NCBI GenBank assembly: GCA_965203295.1
Contig: CBDBCZ010000019.1
Location: 2,176,001-2,240,000, forward strand
Length of the DNA stretch: 64,000 nt
Direction: 5' to 3'
DNA from: Nitrospirales bacterium
GTDB taxonomy: Bacteria; Nitrospirota; Nitrospiria; Nitrospirales; UBA8639
Shown here: piece by piece, positions 1 to 9,999 of the stretch
Layout of the letters: the number at the start of each line of letters is the position of its first letter
Position numbering within the stretch: the stretch's first letter is position 1
Program-made: the position numbers and the translations under genes
Notes under the pieces: generated by a model
What the model saw: only the letters and a program-made list of their open reading frames with translations
Told to the model about the DNA's origin: nothing
The model's database searches: none

Positions 1-1198
1 CATGATACATGTGCACAAATTCGAGAGGGGAGGCAAGGCGAAAGCCTGTAAAAACGAGCATGGCACCCAAGGCTGCGAGTGGGATCTGATTAATTAATCC
101 CGGAACTAAAGCTACAAAGATCAAGAGAAATGAACCATGAAATGCATTCGCAAACCGGGTTCTTGCTCCATTATCAATATTGGCTTTGCTTCGAACGATT
201 TCCGAAATCATGGGGAGGCCGCCAACAAAGGCGGAGAGGGTATTTCCTGCCCCAACGGCCAGCATATCGCGATCTTGGTCCGTCTTTCGTTTCCATGGAT
301 CTATCCCATCGATTGCCTTCGCACTAAGCAGTGACTCCAAACTGCCTATCAGCGCAAACATCACCACATATTTCCATCCGGTCGTGGTCATGAGTCCTGA
401 GAAATCAGGGAAGGTCAACGCACTGAACATATTTTCAGGGACGGCTACCAAGAAATCTTTGCCAAGAGGATACTCTTGACCGTTGAAGGAATAGGTTTGT
501 TCTTGACTTAAATTGAAATACATCCCCAAGGGGACCGTCACCATGAGCACGATCATGGGAGCAGGGATGACCTTGAGACGAAGATTTTTTATAAAAGGGT
601 ATCCAAGCATGATGATTAAACTGATGATGCCTATGAGTCCGAGAATCGGGTTCATCGCTACGATGAAATGAGGAATCTTGGCGATAAGTTCCAGCGGTTT
701 TCCGTCTGGACTGAGGCCCATCGCAATCGGAAACTGTTTCGCCATGATGATGACACCAATAGCAGCGAGTAACCCATGCACCGCCGAGGTTGGAAAAAAC
801 TCTCCGAGGATTCCAGCCCGGAAGGCACCAAAGAGAATTTGAATGATCCCAGCCGCGACTCCCACTCCCAAAGCCAATCGGTAGGCCTGAAAATCAGCGG
901 TGGGATCTTTGCCACCCGTAAAACCGAATTCGGTCACGCATCCGATAGCAATGACAATAAGTCCAGCAGCGGGCCCCTTGATCGTGAGCTCAGAATTACT
1001 AAAAAACGTCGCCAGCATTCCGCCAATAATGGCGGTAAAAATGCCAGCGATAGCGGGATATCCACAGGCCAGGGAAATACCCAGACATAGAGGAAGGGCA
1101 ATGAGGAAAACCAGAAACCCGGAAAGCAAGTCCGCCTTCCAGTTTTTCGGTAGCTCAGCCAGATTCCCTCTGGGAACCGGGGTTGTTTTTAGGGTCAT
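1..1198 (-). CDS. SulP/SLC26 family inorganic anion (bicarbonate/sulfate) transporter, 3' end runs off the window
   Basis: Not in the ORF track (no stop inside the window). Manual translation from ATG 1198: [60 protein letters not shown]...TIKGPAAGL...[13 protein letters not shown]...[15 protein letters not shown], typical SulP motifs. GAGGT RBS upstream. Confidence 0.92.
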   Translation of the reverse strand, partial: MTLKTTPVPRGNLAELPKNWKADLLSGFLVFLIALPLCLGISLACGYPAIAGIFTAIIGGMLATFFSNSELTIKGPAAGLIVIAIGCVTEFGFTGGKDPTADFQAYRLALGVGVAAGIIQILFGAFRAGILGEFFPTSAVHGLLAAIGVIIMAKQFPIAMGLSPDGKPLELIAKIPHFIVAMNPILGLIGIISLIIMLGYPFIKNLRLKVIPAPMIVLMVTVPLGMYFNLSQEQTYSFNGQEYPLGKDFLVAVPENMFSALTFPDFSGLMTTTGWKYVVMFALIGSLESLLSAKAIDGIDPWKRKTDQDRDMLAVGAGNTLSAFVGGLPMISEIVRSKANIDNGARTRFANAFHGSFLLIFVALVPGLINQIPLAALGAMLVFTGFRLASPLEFVHMYH

Positions 1199-1306
1199 GG
1201 ATTTACCTCACAGATCTCCCCCAACACTTTACCTCATAAGGCCATTTTGAAAATTTTCTTAGGATAATCCCATTCATTTTGGTGCCACCAGAACGTATTT
1301 TGACAT

Positions 1307-1356
1307 AAAAAAAGCCAGCCTTGGTTTACGAAACCTTCGCATACACCAAGATGGCT
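1307..1356 (-). terminator. Intrinsic terminator in the sulP leader (expression platform of riboswitch copy 1)
   Basis: AGCCA-UCUUGGU...ACCAAGG-C-UGGCU stem ending in a U-tract. The 5' arm overlaps the conserved motif. Confidence 0.8.
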
Positions 1357-1400
1357 TGTACTGTCGCTGGCCTCAGTGTGCTGAACACCAGCTACCCTAC
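1352..1400 (-). ncRNA. Candidate cation-sensing riboswitch aptamer, copy 1 (nhaA-I/nhaA-II-like architecture)
   Basis: GUAGGGUA-GCUGG-UGU-UCAG-CACA-CUGA-GG-CCAGC-GACAGUACAAGCCA. Flanks are identical to the copy at 8402-8450. Confidence 0.75.
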
Positions 1401-2028
1401 TGCCCTCTTCTATAACTAGGGCTAGATAACTTCTAACACCCTCAAGCCTGTTCACAAAAACAGGACCTGTTGGCAAGCCCCCGTCATCGACAACTCTTCT
1501 TAATATTTATACCAGGGTCTACCTGTATCAGCAACATCTAAAAACCCTCAAGGTTTAGGCTGAGGAATGAATGCTTCCTCATTCGACAGCCCGAGTTTTA
1601 TAATCTGGCAATTTCATATTTTCACACTCGATCCCCCAAAAACATAATTCTTGATCAATTCAGTTTCGTGTTTTGGATCGAACGCTTCTAACCCTTTCTA
1701 AGTCTCCTTATGAAAAAAATGATTCTTCTTTCGGATACAGACCAAGCTAGAGTCTTTACATTGAGTCGAAATGCACACCACATTGGTATGGCAACTCCCG
1801 TTGGAGAGCGCTGCCGAGTCAAACATACATGAAATACCAATTAAATGGTAACCGACCCGTCCAGCAAAGGAGGGAAAAACTTTACCACAAACTTTTGAAT
1901 AGGGGAAATGGTTAGGGAAACAGGGAGGAAAAGAAAGAGTCTCCAAGGGAGACGTGGTCTATAATCAGAAGGTTTACGGAGGGCAGAGGGAAACGGAGTG
2001 TTTCCCTCGGTGGATCTCCAAAAATGAC

Positions 2029-2100
2029 TTATCCGTAAATATTAAAAAGGGTAAGGACCGCAACAATGCCGATAACTAGCAAATCATATACAGGATCCAT
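2029..2100 (-). CDS. Putative 23-aa single-pass membrane peptide MDPVYDLLVIGIVAVLTLFNIYG
   Basis: AGAGGA RBS 4 nt before ATG, hydrophobic core, located downstream of a sigma54-type promoter and followed by a hairpin (1986-2008). Confidence 0.45.
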   Translation of the reverse strand: MDPVYDLLVIGIVAVLTLFNIYG

Positions 2101-2187
2101 GTTATCCTCTCTTTTTTCCTGGCCCACTATTTCGTTCGGGGGCTATTTAAGAGCCAATGGTAAAAATCTTAATTAATCTTTATAGCA

Positions 2188-2203
2188 AGCAATTTTGATA
2201 CCG
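2188..2203 (-). promoter_or_regulatory. Sigma54 -24/-12 promoter
   Basis: CGGTATCAAAATTGCT = GG-N10-GC with TTGC. Confidence 0.6.
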
Positions 2204-2238
2204 TTTTTTTAGGTGAAAATTTAACAAAAATATAGTTA

Positions 2239-2251
2239 TAACTTATTGAAA
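2239..2251 (-). promoter_or_regulatory. IHF binding site
   Basis: TTTCAATAAGTTA, one mismatch to WATCAANNNNTTR, in an AT-rich tract between the promoter and the UAS. Confidence 0.55.
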
Positions 2252-2305
2252 TAATTTGAATTTAAAAAATATGTGATTTAAATTTTAGAGGAGGTTTTGA
2301 GGAAG

Positions 2306-2343
2306 GAGCGGTTCTGCTCGGTGATATTGGTGCGAATTCGCAC
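2306..2343. promoter_or_regulatory. Tandem palindromic upstream activator sequences
   Basis: Perfect 14-bp palindrome GTGCGAATTCGCAC (2330-2343) and related imperfect GAGCGGTTCTGCTC (2306-2319). Confidence 0.55.
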
Positions 2344-2454
2344 AAGACAAGGAAAATTTCTATGCTCATATTGTCTGGTTTTATTATCAAAGATCAATTT
2401 AAACCTAGGCGAGAAATCTAATTCCCGTCAAATTCCTTCAGAAATCAACCCTCA

Positions 2455-3048
2455 TTAATTGAGAGGCACTTGAATCACTAATCCGCCCATCACATCATTT
2501 AACTTAAAATCGCGTTTGGGACTCTCCGTATGAGCATTGCGACAGGCAACACATGCTCTGCTAAACGCTCGGTCAGGATACATCGCTTGAAAGTAGCGTT
2601 TTCCGTTGAGGGTCAATTCCCCTTCTACGACTTCTCCATATTTCACAACCTGCTCTAACATTTGACGGTCCTGGTCCGAAGCAGGAGAATTACGAGTATT
2701 TAACGGCCAAAGGCTAATCAATCTATAGCGGAATGGGCTGTCACGAACATGGAGACTGCGAGAGGCCTCGCGCAAAAACTGAACAGGTAAGGGAAGAGTC
2801 TGTTCTTTCACCCAATCCTCGGAGGCGTTGACGATCAGCATCGCCTCCATCCGCTCGACAACGTGCTGAGTATAAAACGTACGATCGGCTTCAATCACAG
2901 CATGCAGATAGTCCGCCACGGTTCGAGCAGGAATTCCTTCATGAGAGTGGCTTTGGATGCCGACGTTCCATCCAATGACCAGACCTGCCAATCCAATCGA
3001 GGCAATCAAAGCAATTGTTTTCGTGGTCTGACTCATGCCGGTCTTCAC
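2455..3048 (-). CDS. DUF3365/Tll0287-like periplasmic heme-c sensor-domain protein, heme motif altered (CxxCR); alternative start 3036
   Basis: N-terminal TM, LPLPVQFLR, YRLISLWPLN, CVACRNAH...FKLNDVMGGLVIQVP. Confidence 0.75.
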   Translation of the reverse strand: MKTGMSQTTKTIALIASIGLAGLVIGWNVGIQSHSHEGIPARTVADYLHAVIEADRTFYTQHVVERMEAMLIVNASEDWVKEQTLPLPVQFLREASRSLHVRDSPFRYRLISLWPLNTRNSPASDQDRQMLEQVVKYGEVVEGELTLNGKRYFQAMYPDRAFSRACVACRNAHTESPKRDFKLNDVMGGLVIQVPLN

Positions 3049-3407
3049 TCACTCATTGCAAAAGTGATCGCATTTCTCTCTTTCCTGAAACACACCAATT
3101 CGACAAGAGCTATCTTACCGAAACGCGACTTTCCTCACCAGAGTCTCTAACCCTGTCTTCTTCAGTTTTTCAAACGAGTGGTAGAAAATTTGCCAACCTT
3201 TTGCCTTAGGAAGGTGAGACCAAGGATTAGGTAGCAACATCCCCAACTTGACGAGCCATGTCCATGGGCGACACTCACGCCAATCAACCAGTACTCTATT
3301 ATCAATCCGAGGGAAGCCATGTGCAGATTCTCTGCGTATTGGTGCACATTGTCTGTTCGTTTGACACGCTCTATGGGTGCCCTTACGATACTTCAATGAG
3401 AAAGACC

Positions 3408-5333
3408 ATGCCCATATTTCGACTTTTCACAAACCTTCCCATTGCCCAGAAGCTCTTGCTCGTTTCCATTATTCCAATCTTGACACTGGGAGTACTCAGC
3501 GTCGTGACGTACAACAGCGTCCGAGTCTTTGCGCAAGATGAAGACCGACTCAATCATGTGTATCACGTCCAGACAATGGCCGCAGAATACATGCGGCTGG
3601 TGGTCGACTTGGAAACTGGCTTCCGTGGTTTCGTTCTGACCCAAGAGCCGAAATTTTTAAAACCTTATCATGCCGCAAAACAGCGCGTGCTTCAGATCGG
3701 CAAGTCACTCGAACAAATGGTGGAAACCCACGAGGAACAACGTTCACAGATTCACAAAACACAGAGTCTTGTGCAAACACTCATGGAAGATAAAGATCGC
3801 TTGATTGAACGAGCAAAGCAGGGGCACCCAGAAGAAGCTCTTTACTATATTGAATCTGGAACAGGGCGATAGATTATGTTGGGAATTCGAGAAGTCTTGT
3901 CGAACTTTGACAAACGAGAAGTAGAAATATTAAGGCAAACGCTTGAGCGAACCTCGAATGATCGAGCCTTCCTGGTCAGGGTGATTGTCGGAGGCGGTTC
4001 CTTAGCGCTCATCCTCATGGTGTTTGCGCTGCACTTGCTCGCACGGTCTATCACTGGACCATTGGTCACTTTAGCCAAGACAGTCGAAAATCGACGCGGG
4101 GAAACCGTCCCTGAAGTGCGTGTATTAGAACGAGGCGACGAAATCGGCGACTTAACTCGTGTCATGCATAACATGAGCCAACAAATACGCGATTACATCC
4201 AACGGATCAAGAATTCTGAAACTGAGCTGCGCTCCCTCAATCTTGATCTGTCAACTTCAGAATCTAAATACCGAGGAATCCTCGACTATGCCCCATTTGG
4301 AATATTTACCGCTAAACATAGAGCAGTGATCTTTTGTAATCGGCACAATTGTATTCTTGCCGGCCGAAATCCAGATGAGGATATAGCGCCTGAAACGATG
4401 TGGGAGTCGATTCATCCCGAAGACCGCAAACAGATCCTACGTTCTTTTTCCGAAGCCATAGCCAATGAAGTTCCTTTTGAACGAGTCTTTCGTTTTCTCC
4501 ACCCCAATGGAACTGTTAGAAAAGTTTTGAGTCGGGCTGTTCCCATTCGATCTGTCCCAGGAAGCGAAGTCATTTATCAGGGGTTTAATATTGACATCAC
4601 AGCCCTAGAACAAATGCGAGAAAGACTGAGTCGAGCGGAACGCCTCGCGACTCTAGGCCAGGTGGCTGCCGGGATTGCCCATGAAATTCGTAATCCTCTT
4701 GTGGGCATTGGCTCTACGACTTCGCTTTTGATTGAAGAACTACACGAGGAGGATACGAGACGAGAAGACCTTACGACCATCTTAAAAGAAACTCGCCGGC
4801 TAGACCGAATTGTCACACAAATCGTTGAGTATGCCAGACCGCGGGATCTTGTCCCTGGAAGCTTTGAAGTAAATCCGCTCATTGAAGAAACCATGAATCT
4901 CGTACGGGAACCAGTTGAGCAAAAAGGAGTTCACGTCACGTACGACTTTTCTCCCTCTCTCGCACCGATCTATGCTGATCGTGATCAAATCAAGCAAGTG
5001 CTCTTAAACGGGATCCAGAATGCTCTTGAAGCGGCCCCCTTTGAAGGAACCATTCGAATTAACCTCACTGAAGAAGAACGCGGCGGAGAAAAAGGCTTAC
5101 TCATCGGAATTCATGATAACGGGAAAGGGATCGCACCTGTAGACCTCCCAAAAATTTTTGAACCATTTTTTACGACTGGGAAATGTCGGGGTACGGGCCT
5201 TGGGTTGCCGATTTGCCAAAATATTATCGATGCCCACGGGGGTGACATCAAAGCTGGCAGTCAAGCTGGAGATGGTACGTCTCTCACAATCTGGCTCCCG
5301 ATTTCTTCACAAGTCCAAACTTCTGCGGTGTGA
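3408..5333 (+). pseudogene. CHASE3-HAMP-PAS sensor histidine kinase interrupted by in-frame TAG at 3870-3872
   Basis: ORFs 3258-3872 and 3876-5333 are in the same frame. ETGFRGFVLT (CHASE3), AHEIRNPL (H-box), GTGLGL (G2). Confidence 0.85.
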
Positions 5334-5336
5334 TTC

Positions 5337-6730
5337 ATGCGTGCGACGATTTTTGTGACAGATGATGATGAAGTCGTCCGATCGTCGATCACTCGACGCT
5401 TGTCGAGACAAAATCATGCGATTCGTAGTTTTGACTCAGGTGAGGCCCTCATCGAAGCCTTAGATCATGATCTTCCCGACATCATTCTGCTTGACTTGAA
5501 AATGACCGGAATGAGCGGGTTGGAAACACTCAAACAGGTCAGCCCCAAAGCTCCGCAAGCGTTGGTCATCCTCTTGACGGCCTATGGGACCATCGAGGAT
5601 GCAGTCGAGGCCATGAAATTAGGTGCCTATGATTTCTTGATCAAAAGCGTGGATCTGTCAGGAGTCACCCCGGTTGTCCAACGGGCTTTGGAATATTTGG
5701 CCTTACGTCGACGAGTCTTATTCGAAACGAAGGACGTGGCCAGCTGGTATTCGCTGACCCAACTCATTGTAGAGAGCCCTAGCATGCAGGGGCTTCTCTC
5801 CCAAGTTCAAGAATTGACCCAAAATACGAAGACGACAGTCCTCTTTCAAGGAGAGACCGGAACCGGAAAAGAATTATCGCCCGCATTCTCCATCATAATG
5901 GCCCCCGTAAACAGGCTCCCTTTGTCGGGGTCAATTGTACCGCCATTCCCCAGGAATTATTCGAAAGCGAATTATTCGGATATGAACGAGATGCCTTTAC
6001 TGGAGCTATTCAACGAAAGCCTGGTTTGTGTGAACAGGCGGAAGGGGGAACGCTCTTTTTAGATGAAATCGGCGATTTAAACCTGGCGATGCAAGCCAAA
6101 CTTCTTCGGGTGTTACAAGAACGATCGATAAAACGGTTGGGAGGGCGCGAAGAGATAGAAGTTGATTTCCGACTGATTGCCGCCACAAACCATGACCTTC
6201 GGAAAGAAATCACGCAAGGTCATTTCCGAGAGGATCTGTTTTTTCGTTTAAATGTCGTGTCATTGGAATTACCAGCTCTTCGTCACCGACTGGAAGACAT
6301 TCATCCCCTCTGTCTTCGTTTTTTGCATCATCACTGCAAAGAAATTGGCAAAGACATTAACGAATTTGATGCTGACGCTCGAACCTTGTTTGCTCAGTAC
6401 CCGTACCCCGGTAACATTCGAGAATTAGAAAATATTATCGAACGTGCCGTCATCTTTTGTCAGGGGAAAACTGTCACCGCTGCAGATTTGCCTCGTGAGC
6501 TCCATGAATGGGCAAACGCTCCCATTAAAGGCACCATTCGGGGAAACGAGGAAATTGTTCAAATACAAATGACCTTAGGGAAACAGTCGCTGGCTGACGT
6601 TGAAACAGCCATTATCGAGGAAGTCATGCGATTGTCTGATTCTAATAAAAGTTTGGCCGCGAAAAAATTAGGCCTAACACGGTTTGCACTTGATCACCGG
6701 CTCAAGAAAATCCTCGAGGAAGACACGTAG
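5337..6730 (+). pseudogene. NtrC/AtoC-family sigma54-dependent response regulator with a 1-bp deletion at ~5875
   Basis: REC domain, then GETGTGKE; the frame shifts into IARILHHNGPRKQAPFVGVNC...LFLDEIG...YPGNIRELEN and an HTH. GAFTGA reads DAFTGA. Confidence 0.85.
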
Positions 6731-6892
6731 AACAGCGTAACCGTCCTCAGCCAGTGATGGTTGGGCTTCATAACCTATCATGAATCATGGCTAGCCTCAG
6801 ATCGAGAAAAACCCGCGACCGACTACCCCCCATCGATCAGGCAGACGTTGACATTTGCGTCACGTCTATGTGTTAGCCTTGAGTCTCATGAC

Positions 6893-8326
6893 TCAAAATT
6901 GTGAAGAGTTAATCCACATATGGGCGAGGATGCTGAAGGCGTACCCGAGCGCAATAGCCGGCGTCCATTTGAGATGACTAAAAAAGGTATACTTGCCTCG
7001 TGCCTGCCCCATGAGGGCCACACCCGCAGCAGAACCGATAGATAACATACTTCCCCCAACTCCAGCAGTTAACGTGACTAACAGCCATTGCCCCTGAGAC
7101 ATGTCCGGGTTCATCGTCAGCACGGCAAACATGACAGGAATATTGTCGACGATCGCGGAGAGGATACCGACCATCGTATTCGCAAACGTCGGACCCATTT
7201 GGACATACATCACCTGAGACACCATGGTGAGATACCCGAGAAACCCGAGTCCCCCAACACAGAGAACCACGCCATAGAAAAAGAATAATGTATCCCATTC
7301 GGCACGCGCGACCTCTCGAAAAGTGTCGAAGAAGGTGATATCACCCAATGATTCTTGGGCTTTCTTCTTACTCCACGTTCCTGGGGCTGCGTATTTATTA
7401 TGTGTTTTCTGCAAGTAATACCCAAAAAACTTGAGATAGGCTAACCCGGTCATCATTCCAGCCATCGGGGGAAGATGCAGAAAATTATGAAAACTGACAG
7501 CCGTACAAATCGTACAGAGAAACAGAAGCATGACGACATGAGCACCACGTTTCATGATCACAACTTCATCAGATGGGGCTGGAGAAACTTGAGGAACAGC
7601 AAAATGCATCAAACCCGCTGGCACGATGAAGTTCACGACTGATGGAACGAATAACAGGAAAAACGTGAAGAAGTCCACGATTCCTTTTTGCCAGACCATC
7701 AAGGTCGTGATATCCCCAAACGGACTAAAGGCGCCGCCGGCATTAGCAGCCACCACAATATTGATACACGCCAAGCTCACAAATCGAGGGTTGTCTGCAC
7801 CAACTGCGAGCACGACAGCACACATGAGAAGAGCTGTGGTCAGATTGTCTGCAACGGGTGAAATAAAAAAAGCGAGGATTCCTGTAATCCAGAAAAGCTG
7901 TCGATACGTAAATCCTTTCCGGATCAACCAGGATCGCAAACTTTCAAAGACAAGCCGCTCCTCCATCGCATTGATGTAGGTCATCGCGACGAGCAAAAAC
8001 AACATCAACTCGGCATATTCAAGAATGTTATGACGGAGAGCTTGCTCCACAGCAGAATGGTCATGTCCAGGATACGACCAACTGACAAGGACCCAAATGA
8101 TTCCCGCGGCCAACATCACGGGCTTGGACTTACGAAGATGAGTGAACTCTTCTGCCATGACCAATGCGTAGGCTAATACGAAAATCCCAATGGCCAGATA
8201 TCCCACTGGAGTATTGGTCATATTCACCTGTAGATTCGGGGCATGTGATGCTTGTGCCAGACCTGTTAGCCCCAGAAGGCATAACAAGGTCACGAGCATC
8301 ACACATAATGAGTGAAATCTATTCAT
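6893..8326 (-). CDS. nhaD: Na+/H+ antiporter, NhaD family
   Basis: EEFTHLRKSKP, ADNLTTAL, ANAGGAFSPFGDITT, SAIVDNIP, GGSMLSIGSAAGV. Start moved to ATG 8326 (GAGG RBS) because the longer ORF overlaps the leader terminator. Confidence 0.93.
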   Translation of the reverse strand: MNRFHSLCVMLVTLLCLLGLTGLAQASHAPNLQVNMTNTPVGYLAIGIFVLAYALVMAEEFTHLRKSKPVMLAAGIIWVLVSWSYPGHDHSAVEQALRHNILEYAELMLFLLVAMTYINAMEERLVFESLRSWLIRKGFTYRQLFWITGILAFFISPVADNLTTALLMCAVVLAVGADNPRFVSLACINIVVAANAGGAFSPFGDITTLMVWQKGIVDFFTFFLLFVPSVVNFIVPAGLMHFAVPQVSPAPSDEVVIMKRGAHVVMLLFLCTICTAVSFHNFLHLPPMAGMMTGLAYLKFFGYYLQKTHNKYAAPGTWSKKKAQESLGDITFFDTFREVARAEWDTLFFFYGVVLCVGGLGFLGYLTMVSQVMYVQMGPTFANTMVGILSAIVDNIPVMFAVLTMNPDMSQGQWLLVTLTAGVGGSMLSIGSAAGVALMGQARGKYTFFSHLKWTPAIALGYAFSILAHMWINSSQF

Positions 8327-8356
8327 CACACAGACCTCATCAGACGAATTTAAGAC

Positions 8357-8406
8357 AAAAAAAACCAGCCAAGATTCATGGAAATACCACAAACACTCGA
8401 CTGGCT
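8357..8406 (-). terminator. Intrinsic terminator in the nhaD leader (expression platform of riboswitch copy 2)
   Basis: AGCCAGUCGAG...CUUGGCUGGUU stem with inner UUUGUGG/CCAUGAA, ending in a U-tract. Confidence 0.8.
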
Positions 8407-8450
8407 TGTACTGTCGCCCACCTAGGACATCTAAAGACCAGCTACCCTAC
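8402..8450 (-). ncRNA. Candidate cation-sensing riboswitch aptamer, copy 2
   Basis: GUAGGGUAGCUGGU-CUUUAG-AUGUC-CUAGG-UGG-GCGACAGUACAAGCCA. Same 49-nt length and conserved ends as copy 1. Confidence 0.75.
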
Positions 8451-8876
8451 ATGCCGTATAGAATGAGACGGTGGTCAAAGAAACTCTGGCTCCCCCCAAT
8501 CTTCAACAGGGCTTCTGTGAAATCCGATGGAGCCAATCTTTATAAATCTGTTTGAAACCCCATACAGTTATAGCAGGTCTTGGGCTCTTCCTCAATAAAA
8601 TTGTTTTCTGCTATGAAGACACCTTTCAATGAACATCTTTGAACATATCCAGATAAAATCCTCATCGATAGAACCGTAATGAAATGTCTCTCCGATCAAG
8701 ATAATAGCTTTTTCTATATTTGGACACACGCCACTTCTATCGAGCCAAAACCTCATGAACATAAACTCAAAATTGAGAGTCTTCTATACAGGGTGCTCTG
8801 GCTATGTTAACATTCCACCGACCTTATGAAAGGCCTAGGTTTCTCATCTTTAAGCGCAGTGGATCGAGAGAATAGC

Positions 8877-9365
8877 ATGAACTCAACGAACAATTATCAC
8901 GATGAAGACTTCATGCAGATGGCTTTGCAACAAGCCGATCTGGCCTTTGCTCTCGGTGAGATTCCCATAGGTGCAGTCCTTGTCAAAGATGGCAAAGTCC
9001 TCGCAGCAAACCACAACCGCCGTGAGCTTGATCAGGATCCTACTGCCCATGCTGAAATCGTTGTCATCCAGGAAGCCGCCAGGCAACTGCATACCTGGCG
9101 TTTATTGGATACCACGCTGTACGTGACCCTGGAACCCTGTGCCATGTGTGCCGGCGCCATCATTCAAGCACGGATCCCTCGATTCGTGTTTGGGACTTTT
9201 GACCCAAAAGCAGGAGCCTGTGGGTCTCTGTTTAACCTGGTGATGGAACCGAGGCTTAACCACCATCCAGATATTCTAGGCGGAGTATTGGAACAGCCCT
9301 GTGGAGAAATTTTACAGCAATTCTTTCAGCAACGCCGCAAGAACCATCCTGCCTTTGTAGGATAA
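8877..9365 (+). CDS. tadA: tRNA adenosine(34) deaminase
   Basis: DPTAHAE, TLEPCAMCAGA, DPKAGACGS motifs. Confidence 0.93.
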   Translation: MNSTNNYHDEDFMQMALQQADLAFALGEIPIGAVLVKDGKVLAANHNRRELDQDPTAHAEIVVIQEAARQLHTWRLLDTTLYVTLEPCAMCAGAIIQARIPRFVFGTFDPKAGACGSLFNLVMEPRLNHHPDILGGVLEQPCGEILQQFFQQRRKNHPAFVG

Positions 9366-9385
9366 TGCCTGCCACAAATACAAGC

Positions 9386-9576
<191 letters not shown>

Positions 9577-9644
9577 AATGTCTAGTCTCTTCCCCTGTGA
9601 GTCAATTGCAATTGAGAAGTGGATTCAGAAATCCTTGAAAATAC

Positions 9645-9719
9645 TGGAGCCGGCGAGTGGGATCGAACCACCGACCTGCGGTTTACGAAACCGCTGCTCT
9701 ACCACTGAGCTACGCCGGC
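9645..9719 (-). tRNA. tRNA-Thr(CGT)
   Basis: GCCGGCGTAGCTCAGTGGTAGAGCAGCGGTTTCGTAAACCGCAGGTCGGTGGTTCGATCCCACTCGCCGGCTCCA. Confidence 0.96.
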
Positions 9720-9778
9720 TCTCCATTTTTGGGAAAGGGGAAAAGGCAGGAAAATCCTTATGATTATTAATCTTTTTC

Positions 9779-9807
9779 ATCTTATTGGGGATGTCTGCTG
9801 GTGTCAA
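9779..9807 (-). promoter_or_regulatory. Sigma70 promoter of tRNA-Thr
   Basis: TTGACA-N17-TAAGAT. Confidence 0.6.
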
Positions 9808-9999
9808 CTACCTTCCTTTTTTCGATCCCACATCGTCTGATCTACTGAAGATTCTTCCGGCAGGTACGAGGCGATGCCGGGGAAGTTTGAATCCCATTCC
9901 ATTGACAGCTAATTTTCTTCGTGGCTACAGTCTTCGACATTCGCCATTCCTAGGTTTTATCGATATTTTTCAAATAGTCTGCAGTTCCATTTCAGTGTC

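Noticed and set aside
130..1250. Plus-strand ORFs in the first 1.2 kb
   Set aside because: Antisense shadows of the minus-strand SulP gene.
1270..1287. TGGCAC on the minus strand as a sigma54 site for sulP
   Set aside because: No GC at the -12 position (reads TGGCACCAAAATGAAT).
1234..1946. Short ORFs 1234-1476 and 1698-1946
   Set aside because: No motifs, and the first runs through the riboswitch and terminator. The region may be decayed DNA but no ancestor was recognisable.
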